Of a DNA stretch of 64,000 nucleotides, positions 51,361 to 63,612 are shown in pieces. This stretch comes from Eledone cirrhosa (taxonomy: Eukaryota). The stretch is from positions 284,952,001 to 285,016,000 of the forward strand of contig OZ024740.1 in NCBI GenBank assembly GCA_964016885.1, written 5' to 3'. The translations under genes and the position numbers were made by a program. The stretch's first letter is position 1; every line of letters begins with the position of its first letter. Under the pieces are notes generated by a model. It was not told the origin of the DNA. It ran no database searches and saw nothing but the letters and a program-made list of their open reading frames with translations.

Positions 51361-52570
51361 TGGTGATTAGGTTATCATCATCATCATTGTTCAGTATTCA
51401 TTTTTCCTGCTAACAAGTGTATACAAAATCTTACACTAGTAACTCCCCATGGTTTCCATTTACAGCAAAATGAACTGGGACATCATGAAGCAGCCCAGTA
51501 CTTGTGATGTGATACAAATCCTTGAGAATTTTACCCTCAAATTACAGAATATATTCATTAATGTATTCTTTGATACACTACATATGGAAAAAATGGAATG
51601 GTCACAACTGGAATTTATTTGATTCAAATTTTCGGGGAGGGCAAAGTCAAGAGAATTAACTCACAAGTTCACTTATTATTTTATCGACCCTGGAAAAATA
51701 AAAGTTAAAGGTAATCCATGTAAGATCTGAACTCAAAATATAAAGGAATATCACTAATTTTTTAGAATAGGTACACCATATCCCTAAAAGTTTGGCATCA
51801 GGAAGGAAATCCAGCTGTAAAACATTGTCCCAAAATATCTCATCCAACCCATGCCAGCACGGAAAAGTGGACACAAAAATTATGATGATCATCATCATGA
51901 TCATTCTAATGCATCTGGCATCCATGATGTAACATAATCATGATATACACATGCACACACAACATAGAGTAGATAACCTATTGAGCTACCAAGACAAATC
52001 TGCTGGTATTTCATTGTTGCTAGGAAAAACACATTGTACGTTGCCTCAAAATGCTTAAATACTGGGAACAGACACCAAATCATCAAGGAAAGTTTGGCTT
52101 CAGAACAGAGTTTGCTAATTGTCTCAGTTCACTTGGCTATTGGATTACAGATTGAGCCTAATGGTTGATCTGCAACAACGTCCAATTTATGTTAAATTCA
52201 TTTTGCCCAGATTTCCACTTTTTAACTATGAAGTACTCTCACCAATATATTCATAAAGAAAAATGATAATATGATTTCATTTTGAAAACAGTCAGTCAAT
52301 AGTAGGTTTCAATTCCAAAGAAGTCATTGCATTAAGGCTTTAATGTAAGTTGGTTACTGTACTTTGCATCAATCCATCTAGGTTAAGATGTCTAAAATAC
52401 AATAATTTATGCTGCCAATGAGTTGGCAGAGTCATTAGAACATCAGATAGAATACTTTGCAGCATTTGTTTTGGCTCTCTGAGTTTAAATGCTGCCAAAG
52501 TCAACTTTGCATTTCATGTAATAAAAAAGTACCAATCTAGTACTGGGGTCAATTCTTCCTCTATATCTCT

Positions 52571-52980
52571 TTTGCTGTTGAAATGTTTAAGAATGGGGAA
52601 TCAGTAATTGCAATGCAGAGAGCTTTTTGTACTCACTTTAGGTTATGTTGGAATGATGCTGTTTCAGATTAGAAATCCATACCGACATGGGATGAAAATT
52701 TCATGGCGACAGGTTCAGTGCTAAAAAGAAAGTCTCTTAGAAGACCTCAGAGCATTTGATCTCCAGAAAATGTCCATACTGTGAAAGTCTATTTTGCAAT
52801 CTTCTACACATTCAGCTCGCAAACATGCTTCTGCTTTATGATTGTCTGATCAAACTGTCAAGAGAATGTTACACACTGATCTCAAGTTCCATCCATACAA
52901 ATTGATGATTGTTCACAAACTGCATGAACACAATTGTGAAAACCACAAGGCATGCTGAGGATATCCTTGAAAATGTTCCT
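52571..52980 (+). pseudogene. internal fragment of the DD41D transposase element
   Basis: Highly similar to 54394-54806, same orientation, no TIRs. Confidence 0.9.
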
Positions 52981-53180
52981 TTTTCTCTGGAAAATATTCA
53001 GACCTGGAAAGAATTGGGCTCCGCCAGATTTTGAAATGCCCTAGAAATGCCCAATGTCTCGCAGGAGTTACGTGATGATGCATGCAATTTATGCTAGGAA
53101 GGGCATCTGGTCATAAAAGAAAGGAAACTAAATTTGTTAACCAGTGAAATGTAAAGGGATGAGGAAGAGGTGGTTGATGG

Positions 53181-53184
53181 TAGT

Positions 53185-53264
<80 letters not shown>

Positions 53265-53285
53265 TAGTAGTAGTAGGAGGTAGTA
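53181..53285. repeat. compound (TAG)n/(CAG)n microsatellite
   Basis: Alternating tag and cag blocks. Source of spurious poly-L/Y/C/T/A ORFs. Confidence 0.95.
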
Positions 53286-54168
53286 AGCAGGTGTGATAAC
53301 TGACACAAAAAAGCTGGTATTGTGTGTCTATCTTCAGGTACATTAATTTACCATGTTGAAAAATAGCACCATTTTCATGTTATGGTTGAATGATTCATTA
53401 GGAAAAGTATATAGTTATGAAACATCTGTTCTAATTATTCACACCTTATTCAAGTTTAGAACCAGTTAATCCATTTCCACAATAGCTTTTTTCTAATGTA
53501 TTTTAGAATGCCATACACACATATCTACAAACACACACACACTCCTATCACCATTTTAATTTCTCTTTTTTTATGCTAATAATACTTACATTCACAAACT
53601 GGCTTTACACATTACTATTATTTTATAGGTTTCACTATTGTAACTTTTCATCTATGAAAGGTATAAAATTCTCTGATCTAATCCAAACAATTTTTTGTTG
53701 ACTATCCCTAACAAAAGAACACTTCACCATGAATTCTGAACACTTTTTCACAAAGTTTACATTATCTACGATGCATGTGTGTGTGCCCATATGCAACAGG
53801 ATTTATATGTACAGTTTTAATAACTTTCCATTAAACATACATTACCAGATTTGATAATATATTTTCAATAAAGCTCGTATATTAAATATTTTACAAGAAT
53901 AATCATGCCTATGCCATGAAATGCAAATATGTTTACAGTCAATCATGCATATGAGTTGTCCCATTTGAGATAATTCAGATAAGGTGATCGTGTCTTGCTC
54001 AACCACATTTATAGTGTGGACTGGGTGTTTTTTGTTGTGTCGTCAACACAACCACTTTACAATGTGGACTGGGCACTTTATGTTGTATCACCAACATGAC
54101 CACCTTGCAGTGTTGACTGGCTGCTTTTTGTTGTGACACCAAAACAACCACTTTACAGTGTAGACATA

Positions 54169-55552
54169 CAGGGTGGCCTAAAAGTCACTACATTGTTTTA
54201 AAATATAACTTTTTTACAATTTTTTCAGTTAAAATAAGTTATTATATAGAGTGCAGCAGAAAAATGTCCCATATTTTACAAGGTCAGTGGTGTGGCACTA
54301 GTGAAGTTAGGCAGGTAGTAACAGTCTTCATGTAGCTAATGTAGCATTTTCTGTTCAGTTACCATCTTAGCTTCGACCAGTGCATACTCTGCGTTTGCTG
54401 TTGAAATGTTTATCAAGAATGGGGAATCAGTAATTGCGATGCAGAGAGCTTTTTGCACTCACTTTAGGTTATGTTGGAATGATGCTGTTCCAGATTGGAA
54501 ATCCATACTGATATGGGATGAATATTTCAGGGCTACAGGTTCAGTGCTAAAAGGAATGTCACCTAGAAGACCTCAGAGTATTTGAACTCCAGAAAATGTC
54601 CAGACTGTGAAAGTCTATTTTGCAATCTTCTACACATTCAGCTCGCAAACATGCTTCTGCTTTATGATTGTCTGAGCAAACTGTCAAGAGAATGTTACAC
54701 ACTGATCTCAAGTTCCATCCATACAAATTGATGATTGTTCAGGAACTGCATGAACACAATTGTGAAAACCACAAGGCATGCTGAGGATATCCATCAAAAT
54801 GTTCCTACAAATGCTGTTCTCACAAGTGACGAAGCTCACTTTCATTTGTCTGGCTGCGTCAATAAGCAGAATTTTTGCAACTGGGTGAAAACTGACCTTA
54901 GACAGCTTCTTGAAAGGCTTCTACACAGCAAACGAGTGACTATGTGGTGAACAGTTGTGAAATTTGGCGTTTGGGGACCTACCTGGGGGGGGGGGGGGGG
55001 GCACCAAGTGGTAACAATAACACCTGACTGGTAAATGGAGATGCTGCAGAATTTTCTGGAGCCAAAATTCACAGACCTTAGGAATTCAGATGTATGGTTC
55101 AACAGGATGGAGCCACTGCACACACAGCAAGAAGATCAATGGAAGCTTTAAAAAAGATGTTTCCAGGTCACTTCATTTTCATATACGGTGATATTCGATG
55201 GCCTACACACTCACCTGATCTCACCCTCTGTGATTATTTTCTCTGGGTTACAAACATCGACCAGCAACCATTGATGAATTGAAGGCTGCTATACACCAAA
55301 CAGTGGCAGAAATACAGCCGGAAATGACTCGTCAGGTGATTGAAAACTTCAGAAATCGACTATAACGGTGTATTACAAATAGAGACCACCATTTAGAGGG
55401 TGTCATTTTCAAAGCCAAATGAATACAAACTGTATCGTTTCATTTTAATGATAATGGAATAATTTTGGTCATTTTGTCAACCCTTAAAATGTGGGAGGTA
55501 TTTTTGCTGCACCATGTATTTGAAATGGTCTCGTAACTTTTGGGCCACCCTA
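54169..55552 (+). mobile_element. Tc1/mariner DD41D (rosa/Visitor-type) transposon, transposase pseudogenised
   Basis: TA-flanked TIRs cagggtggcctaaaagtcac / gtaacttttgggccacccta. Motifs TSDEAHFHLSGCVNKQN, QQDGATAHT, WPTHSPDLTLCDYFLW, with 41 residues between the 2nd and 3rd catalytic D. Multiple stops and frameshifts. Confidence 0.92.
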
Positions 55553-57699
55553 TATACATAAATATATACATATTTAAAAGTAAATCTATACTATAAGAGC
55601 TATGTCTGTCAGTCTGGTGATTGTTGTTGTTACTGAGAGAGAGAGAGAGGATGTGTGTGAAAGATAGATAGAATTAAAATTTGTTTTCAGAAAAAAAATA
55701 CTAGGTTGTTATTGAGAGAGAAATACAGTGAGAGAGAGTGTATGTGTGTGTGTGTGTGTGTGTGAAAGATAGGTAGAGAGTGTTGTCACCACACTAAAAG
55801 TTTGGATTGAACATGTTGGAAATTTTAAATGGAAGTCTGTCAACACATGTGGAATCCCCCACCCTCTATGTGTGTTTCTGTATGTCCTAAAGAATAAACC
55901 CCTGGCTACAACTAGTGAATATAAAAAGAAGGGGATAAAGAAACAACAACAACACTGTTCTAATAAATACTGACAAATATATGAAATTAATTTTGGATCA
56001 AAACTGAATGACAATTTTTTTCAGTCTCTCTTTAAATTCTTACCATTAAGATATGTTTTGGACTTTGCTAAAAATTTTTTTTATATATTTGCATAATTTT
56101 GTATTTCTAGCATATATCCTAACATATATTAAGTATTAAATATTGTCTTAATGTTTCCAAAGCAACCTATCTCTCAATTTTGAATTAAAGCTGTAACATT
56201 AATTGTGTTTCATTTCTCAACCTACTCATGTTTATGGAAATAAATCTACACCACCACCACCATAAATGAAACTTAAGTGTCAGTTCGCCTTGTGGTTCCA
56301 ACCGACAGGATGGAGAAATCACTATACATTTTAATTTCTTAATAACTGAGGATTTATTTTCTTTCTTTAAATCAAATTTATTTAATTGTCTAGAGCAATC
56401 CTTTTATAACATTAAATCAAAATTAAACATATACTATATTATGATGCCCAATTTTTTTTCTGTGAAAATCATGTTCTCATTATGTGGAAGAATACAGATA
56501 AAAAAGAGCCTAGTTCTGATATAAGTCAATAGGCGGAGTCCTTAGACAAACAAATATCTAAGAAAGAGGAAAATAATTACACAAAATATACGATAATACA
56601 TTATTTTTACTTTTGGCAAATGTTCTGATTTTAGGAACTATGCTATTTACCAGATTAGTTTCTGCGCTATCTGGTTTCAGTGAAATACATAATTGCTACA
56701 CATGGCTGAATGTAAGGCCATATTTAGACATAAGCTTTGGGCTTCAGTTTGCTGGAGCCCTTCAAAATCTCAGATTTCTTTTTCATTTGTTAGTTTTATA
56801 TTCATATTTATGTATTGATTTAACCCAATTAATATTAACAAATTAAACCCAATCATTAAAAGATATTACCATATTTTTAGAATTATATTTAACACTTTTG
56901 ATACCAAACTGCCTGAAATTACTACTGGTTCTACTATACAAAACTATTTGTTTTAAAGTGTCAACATTGATCTATAAACCTTCAAGCTTAATAATGAAAA
57001 TAAAAATCCTTGATTATTTTCAAATTGATTTGAAAATCATAGACAATGTCTTGCATTAGAAATATGGTAACGATTCAGACGCTATTTATTCCTAGCAAGT
57101 CAAACAAACATAGTGGCTGCCTCAGTAGCTCATTTTAGAACAAAGCCTTGACTAAAAATATTACATTTTTTCATTGTTTGATTTGATATTGTAATATTTA
57201 CATGCAACATTATTTCTGGTTTAGCCAGTGCACACCATTTTTTATAAGTCCTTAAAAACTGGTGAGAAAAGTGAAGGAAAAAACCCACAACTCATGGTTT
57301 GGTTTCCTGCAGTAACAAGCAAGTGCAACCAAGACATCAAGTTTTCTGGCCCAAATGCATGCAACAGTATGGACACAGCAAAAGGGACAGGTGATGATGT
57401 GAAACTGGATAACAGATAAGGTCCAACTCCAAAGAATATATACAGATAAAATCCAGTAAACTTTCCATCTGCTCAGTTTCATTCACAAAAGCTTAGGTAG
57501 AATATACTTGCCCAAAGAGCATGCATTAGGTTTGACTCTGGAACCATGCAAAGCTAACTTCTTAAGCTCCAAACCATGCTAGAACTCATCTGTTCATGTT
57601 TTTTATGAAAAACTAACATGCTTTGCAGCATATAGTTATGGCCCTTTACGTTCTGAGTGCAAATCCCACCAAGGTTAGCTTTGCCTTTCATCTGTAATG

Positions 57700-59245
57700 G
57701 TGGGTTACACCTTAATCACTCGTATCGCAAACCAAGTAATACAGAGGAGGGGTCATAACGAATGATTGGCAGAGCAACCTCATCATCAACTGGTACAAGG
57801 GCAAAAGAGATGCACTAGATACAGGAAACTATAGAGGCATCAAGTTGATGAATCAGGTCATGAAAGTTAAAAGTGTTATTGTACAACTGATTAAGGACCG
57901 AGTTAATCTAGATAAGATGCAATTTAGATTTGTGCCAGGTAAAAGTACCGGTGATGCACTCTTCCGCGTGAGGCAACTACAGGAGAAGTACCGAGCTAAA
58001 AGTAAACCACTCTACTTGGTATTTGTTGACCTGGAGAAAGCATTTGACAAAGTCCCCAATTCCATATGGTGGGCTCTTAGAAAACTAGAGTGGCTTGTGA
58101 GGACAGTACAAGCCATATACAAAAGAACAGTCTGGGCACTGTATGCAGAGGACCTACGAAGATTGGAAAACAAATGAATCTTGCCTACTTCGATGGATGT
58201 ATAATAGTAGTGTAGATGAATGGCCAAACATCAATGAACTGAGAGAGCAACTGGGTATAAGAGGGACCAGATTCAGTGTATATGAGAGGAGATTGTAGTG
58301 GTATGGACAAGTGATTTCTACAAGTAGCTGTAGAAAAAAGCCCAGGGTACTCAAAATCAATGGAAACCATCAAAGAACACCTAGGAAAGCTTGGAATGAG
58401 GTAATAAAAGCTGATATTGCACAATTAAACCTCCCAAATGAGATGACACAAGATCGAGATCTCTGACGTTACACTGTACTGCCGAAGACCCACCTTCCCA
58501 TATGCAAAGGATGAAACAAACATGTAGAGGGCACTAGTCTGTACCAATCTTCTCCCTACCCCCTCCCCCATTCATGTTTTTCAGTCTTAATACTCTGCCC
58601 TCACCAACTGAATATTCTACTCACTGCATCCATGTTCAACTTGCATGCCTCCTCCCCTCCCCAACTTCCACACTCCTAAGATTTCCTGTTCAACTCATGC
58701 ATCCAAGCATGGAAAGTTAGATACGCTCCAAATCTGCTTTCCCACCCCTCCTATAATGCTGATGACATGACCCCTCCCCCACAAAAAAAAGAAGCACTTT
58801 GTCCACCCTGTATGACGATCTGTTGCCACAACAAAAGCACCCAGTACATTTTGTAAGGTAGTCGTACTGGTAACATGACAAGAGGCAACTCCTAATCCAC
58901 TCTATAAGATGGTTGTGGTTGTGCTGGTGGCATGACAAGGGGCTTCCAGTCCACCCTGTATTGAGGTTGTGCTGGTGACATGAGAAAAAGTACCCAGTTC
59001 ACTCTGTAAGATAGTCGTGTTGATGACATGAGAAGAAAAACAAAATATGCGCCCAGTCCACCCTGTTTTATGGTCGCTTCAGTGCCATGATAAAAAAATA
59101 CCGTTCACACAGTAACATGGCTGATGTTAGGAAGAGCATCCAGCCATAGAAACCAAGCCAAAATACAGATCTTGATTTGAATTATCTCATAACATGACAA
59201 CCTGTCTAATCCATGCAAGCATGGAACAAGGATGTTAAACAATGA
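57700..59245 (+). mobile_element. degraded, internally deleted RTE LINE with modular tail
   Basis: ORF 57845-58177 MQFRFVPGKSTGDALFRVRQLQEKY...VDLEKAFDKVP jumps straight to WALYAEDLRRLE. Tail modules at 58740-59245. Confidence 0.85.
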
Positions 59246-59262
59246 TGATGTGATGATGTTGA

Positions 59263-59304
<42 letters not shown>

Positions 59305-59310
<6 letters not shown>

Positions 59311-59571
59311 TCATCATCATCGTTTAACGTCCATCTTCCATGCTTGCATGGGTTTGGACGGGAGTTTTCTCACTTGAGGCAAGATTTGTTGTCCTGCTCG
59401 TATAGGACGGTCTGGCGGGTTTTCTACGGCTGGATGCCCTTCCTAACACCAACCACGTTTACAGTGTGGACTGGGAGGTTTTTACCGTGTTACCTACACG
59501 GCCACATTACAGCGTGGACTTTGTGTTTTTTTTGTCGTGACACCTACACGACCTCATTTGTTTCGGACTGG
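59305..59571 (-). mobile_element. 5'-truncated RTE LINE, 3' UTR only
   Basis: Near-identical inverted counterpart of 432-687. Sits between two (TA)n runs. Confidence 0.9.
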
Positions 59572-59907
59572 ATTTATATATATATATATAAATATATCAT
59601 CATCACCATTTTTAACATCCATTTTCCATGCTAGCATGGGTTAGACAAGTTGTACCATTGTGAGACAAGCCAGGTCAGATGACCATATCTTTCTCATATA
59701 GAACTGAGTTTGGCTTGATTTCTACAGCTGGATGCTCTTCCTAACGAGCAACCACAATTAGTGTGTACTGGGTGACTTTTGTTGTGACACCTCCATGACT
59801 ACACACACATATATATATATGTATGTGTAATACATATAGAAGAAAAAAAGAAGTAGCATTGTGAAAAATGTTTATGAGAAGAAAGCCTGTTTGTGTTTTA
59901 GTCACCC

Positions 59908-59938
<31 letters not shown>

Positions 59939-59973
59939 GGTATACATGTATGTATATTCATATATGTATGTAT

Positions 59974-60003
<30 letters not shown>

Positions 60004-60006
<3 letters not shown>

Positions 60007-60160
60007 GTGACGAAACATAATGTCAATTGCATGAACTCGAATTCATGCAATTGACTTATGTTTCGTCACTATTATAACTCCGGAACTTATATTTTCGTTG
60101 AGTGCTCCCTATCCGCATACTGAAGCACTGGATTTTACCAACACTTACTTTCTTGCTTAT
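60004..60160. mobile_element. (TA)n-embedded fold-back mini-element
   Basis: Hairpin 60004-60035 / 60042-60072 (31 bp, one bulge) containing GAAAC-ATAAT-GTC on + and GAAAC-ATAA-GTC on -. Confidence 0.65.
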
Positions 60161-60163
60161 ATA

Positions 60164-62205
60164 TCATCATCATCAACGTTTAACGTCCGTGTTCCACGCT
60201 TGCATGGGTTTGGACGGGGGTTTTCCCACTTGAGGCAAGAGTGATTGTCTTGCTCGCATAGGACTGTCTGGCAGGTTTTCTACAGTTGGATGCCCTTCCT
60301 AACACCAACCACATTTACAGTGTGGGTCTGGGAGGTTTTTACCGTGTTGCCTACACAGCCACATTACAGCGTGGACTGTGTGTTTTTTTGTCGTGACACC
60401 TACACGATCTCATTTGTTTCGGCCTGGATGGTGTGGCACCAACATAACTTTACATAGAAGGGGAGTGGGGGGTGGGGGTGTATTTTGTTAGAGATGCCTA
60501 CTGACTGTAGTAGGTTTTACTATGTATTTAGGTAAGGCGGGTCTTCTCTATTACTGAGTACCGCCAAAGGTCTCGGTCCAGTGACATTGTCTTGGAGAGG
60601 TGTAAGTGTGTGAGGTCGGAGTTTATCAGCTCGTCCCAGGCTTCTCTAGGTCTGCCTATTCCGTGGCTACCGTCTATCTTTATTGCCCTGCACTTTGTTA
60701 TACAGCTATCGACTTTCATGCGCATCACGTGTCCATACCAACGTAGCCTTCTCTCGAGTAAACAACATCTGATCCCTCTTATTTCTAATTTTTTCTTTAG
60801 TTCGTTTATGCTTTGCCGTTCACGTATATTACTATTAAACATCCAGCGGAGCATGCAAGCTTCGTTCCTCTCTAGTCTGCGTATATCCTCTGCACACAAT
60901 GCCCAGGTCTCACTGCCATGCAACATTGCTGTTCGTATGCAGGCATCATACAACCTGCCTTTCGTTTTTAGGGAGAACCCTTTAGCGGCTAATAGTGGTA
61001 TAAGCTCTCTGAACTTTTTCCATCCAGTTCTGACTCTAGCTACTGTACTTTCAGAGCACCCTCCCCCACTGCTGATTTTGTCACCCAGGTAACGGAAGCT
61101 GTCCACTATTTCTATAGAGCCCTCTGCGCAGTTGAAAGAGCTAGTATTTTGTGGGCACTTGCTGCTACTTATTGCACCAGAGCACCGGCCACATGTGAAA
61201 TCTATGTTCTTAGTTAGCTCACCTGTGATCCCACTACATCTTTTATGCACCCATGCTCTGCATTTCTGACACAAAATGGAGTTTCTACCTACGCCTTTCC
61301 TACACACTGAGCATGGCCACTTCCCGGAAGGGACCACCGCCTTATTTTCTTTCCTACAAACTAGAACTTTGGTCTTAGCCAGATTCATTTTAAGGCCTTT
61401 TGATTCTAGGCCGTGCTTCCATGTTTGGAATTTCTTCTCTAGCTCGGCCATTGATTCAGCTATGAGTGTTAGGTCGTCTGCGTATAGGAGTTCCCATGGG
61501 CAGCCGGTCTTGAACTCCTCTGTTATAGCCTGAAGGGCAATAATAAATAGTAGGGGGCTGAGAACAGAGCCCTGATGGACGCCAACTTTTACGCTAAACT
61601 CTTCACTATATTCGTTGTTAATTCTAACCTTGCTGACTGTTTCTTTATACATGGCTTGTATAGCTCTCACAAGCCATTCATCGACACCTAGTTTTCTAAG
61701 GGCCCACCAGATAATGGAACGGGGGACTCTGTCGAAGGCTTTCTCCAAGTCGACAAAAGCTAAGTAGAGGGGTTTACTTTTAGCTAGGTACTTCTCCTGT
61801 AGTTGTCGTACAATGAAAAGTGCGTCTGTGGTACTTTTGCCTGACACAAACCCGAACTGCATTTCATCTAGGTCAATTCTCTCTCTGATTAGTTGCGCTA
61901 TTACCTTTTCCGTGACCCTCATGACCTGGTCGATTAATTTAATGCCTCTATAGTTACTCCTATCTAGGGCATCTCCTTTACCCTTATAACAGTTAACGAT
62001 GATGCTGCTATGCCAGTCCTTCGGAACAACCCCATTCTGTACGACTTGGTTAACTATCCGGGTGACCATGGTGTGTCCCACCGTGCCAGATGCTTTCAGC
62101 ATCTCAGCAACTATTTCCGAAGGCCCAGCCGCCTTACCCGTCTTCATATCCTTGATTGCCTTACTTATTATACTACCCTCGACTAACACTGCTGGTCCCT
62201 CTATT

Positions 62206-62207
<2 letters not shown>
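60164..62207 (-). mobile_element. 5'-truncated young RTE LINE
   Basis: Same family as 26001-29498. (ATG)n tail at ~60164-60175. 5' end abuts (TA)n at 62208. Confidence 0.96.
60528..62207 (-). CDS. uninterrupted RTE reverse transcriptase ORF with PHD-like finger (endonuclease lost by truncation)
   Basis: ~560 open codons from PIEGPAVL to EKTRLT*, with NYRGIKL, QFGF, DLEKAFD, HQGSVLSP, YADD and FRYLG. The listed N-terminus (MFVHIG...IYIY) is microsatellite read-through. Confidence 0.85.
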
Positions 62208-62241
<34 letters not shown>

Positions 62242-62770
62242 CCTATATGTACAAACATTATATATATATATATATTATGTATGTATCAAGAGTAATTCTT
62301 GAGTGGAGTAGTAGTATGAAGTTAATTATATTTTCTTATCTATCAAATGAGAGGTATTATTGTTGACTTGCCTTATCTGAACAGATCAAAAGCTCAAGTA
62401 AATTTGGACTACTTTCAGTCAACCATTCATTCTTTCATTCAAACTCTCTGAGCTGCCCATGTCCATTGATCACATGCTGGTTGTAAACCTTCTAAAAATA
62501 TTTCCTAATAAATTCACTATCCCAGCTCCACAGTTCTATGTTAGTTGTTAGGCATTTATTAATGTATTCTCTTCACGTTTTTATTTTTTAATATAATCAT
62601 TGTCAATGTCTTTGGTTTATTCATATCATATATATATATATATGTGTATTGGGATTTTGTATTTCTAAAGAAATATGGTATGTTTATAAAAAACATTTAG
62701 AAAGCCGTAGCTATGCAAAAAGACTGGCAGCTATCACCACCTGGCGGTATTCAGCAGATGCAGGGGTGAC

Positions 62771-62816
62771 AATCGTCTATGCATTTCAAACTGAACTGGT
62801 TCTCATCAGGATGATT
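62771..62816 (-). ncRNA. minimal type I hammerhead ribozyme (copy 1)
   Basis: aatcatc-CTGATGA-gaac-cagttca-gttt-GAAA-tgca-TA^gacgatt. Palindromic TGCA loop in place of stem III. Confidence 0.8.
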
Positions 62817-63112
62817 CCTCCTGTTCTTGCAACTGCTGGACTTTGAAAACAGGCGAGAATATATAGTTTTCTCGTCTGTGTAAATGAGGTGATTAATCTC
62901 ATTTGCATATGAAGCTGTATAAGTTGGCTCAACTTATAATAGAATTGAATTAGAATTTAGCTTCGAGCATAGCTGTATACAGATATGTATTGGAATTTCG
63001 TATTTCTAAAGAAATTCGGTATGTTTATAAATAAACATTTAGAAAGCAGTAGCTATGCAAAAACACTGGCAGTTATCGCCACCTGGCGGTGTCCAGCAGA
63101 TGCAAGGGACAC

Positions 63113-63158
63113 AATTGTTGATGCATTTCAAACTGAACTGGTTCTCATCAGAACGATC
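63113..63158 (-). ncRNA. minimal type I hammerhead ribozyme (copy 2)
   Basis: gatcgtt-CTGATGA-gaac-cagttca-gttt-GAAA-tgca-TC^aacaatt. Confidence 0.8.
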
Positions 63159-63192
63159 CTGCCCGCTCTTGCAACTGCTGGACTTTGAAAAC

Positions 63193-63450
63193 TGTGATTG
63201 GAAAAGGTTTATATCATTAGCAGTCTTCCTCTCAATTTATCCTGTACATCTTCTACAAGCAAAGTTCTCTCTTCCTGTTAGTCTACTCGTTATCCCACTA
63301 CATCTTTTGTGTACCCCAAATTTACATTGTGTATATTGTATGGAGTTTATGCCTACTCCTCTTCTGCATATTGAGCATGGCCACTTCCCTGAGGGAATAT
63401 GGGTCCAGTCTTCTCTCCTACTCACTAGCACATTAGTTTTGGTTACGTTT
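63193..63450 (-). mobile_element. older RTE fragment (PHD region)
   Basis: PSGKWPCSICRRGVGINSIQYTQCKFGVHKRCSGITSRLTGRENFACRRC. Confidence 0.85.
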
Positions 63451-63612
63451 AAGAAGTGCGCTAGCAGCCAAAGTGTACAATGATGTTATATCTGTATACA
63501 TAAAGTGTGGGTAATCGAGACTGCACCAATATATATATACACATATTCAATATGTAAGCATGTAAACATGTCAGAAAATATAGATTTCCTTGTAAATTGA
63601 AAAAAATTATAA

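Larger units (their letters stand above)
62645..63192 (-). mobile_element. retrozyme / Penelope-type non-autonomous element: ~206-bp direct repeats, each with a hammerhead, around a 135-bp hairpin-rich spacer
   Basis: Direct repeats 62645-62850 and 62986-63192. Hammerheads at 62771-62816 and 63113-63158. The 3' end (minus strand) abuts (TA)n. Confidence 0.8.

Noticed and set aside
53094-53343. ORFs with poly-L, poly-Y/C and poly-T/A tracts
   Set aside because: Translations of a trinucleotide microsatellite.
60592-62295. Plus-strand ORFs antisense to the RT
   Set aside because: Shadow frames of the LINE ORF. They recur in every copy and are fragmented, with no recognisable domain.
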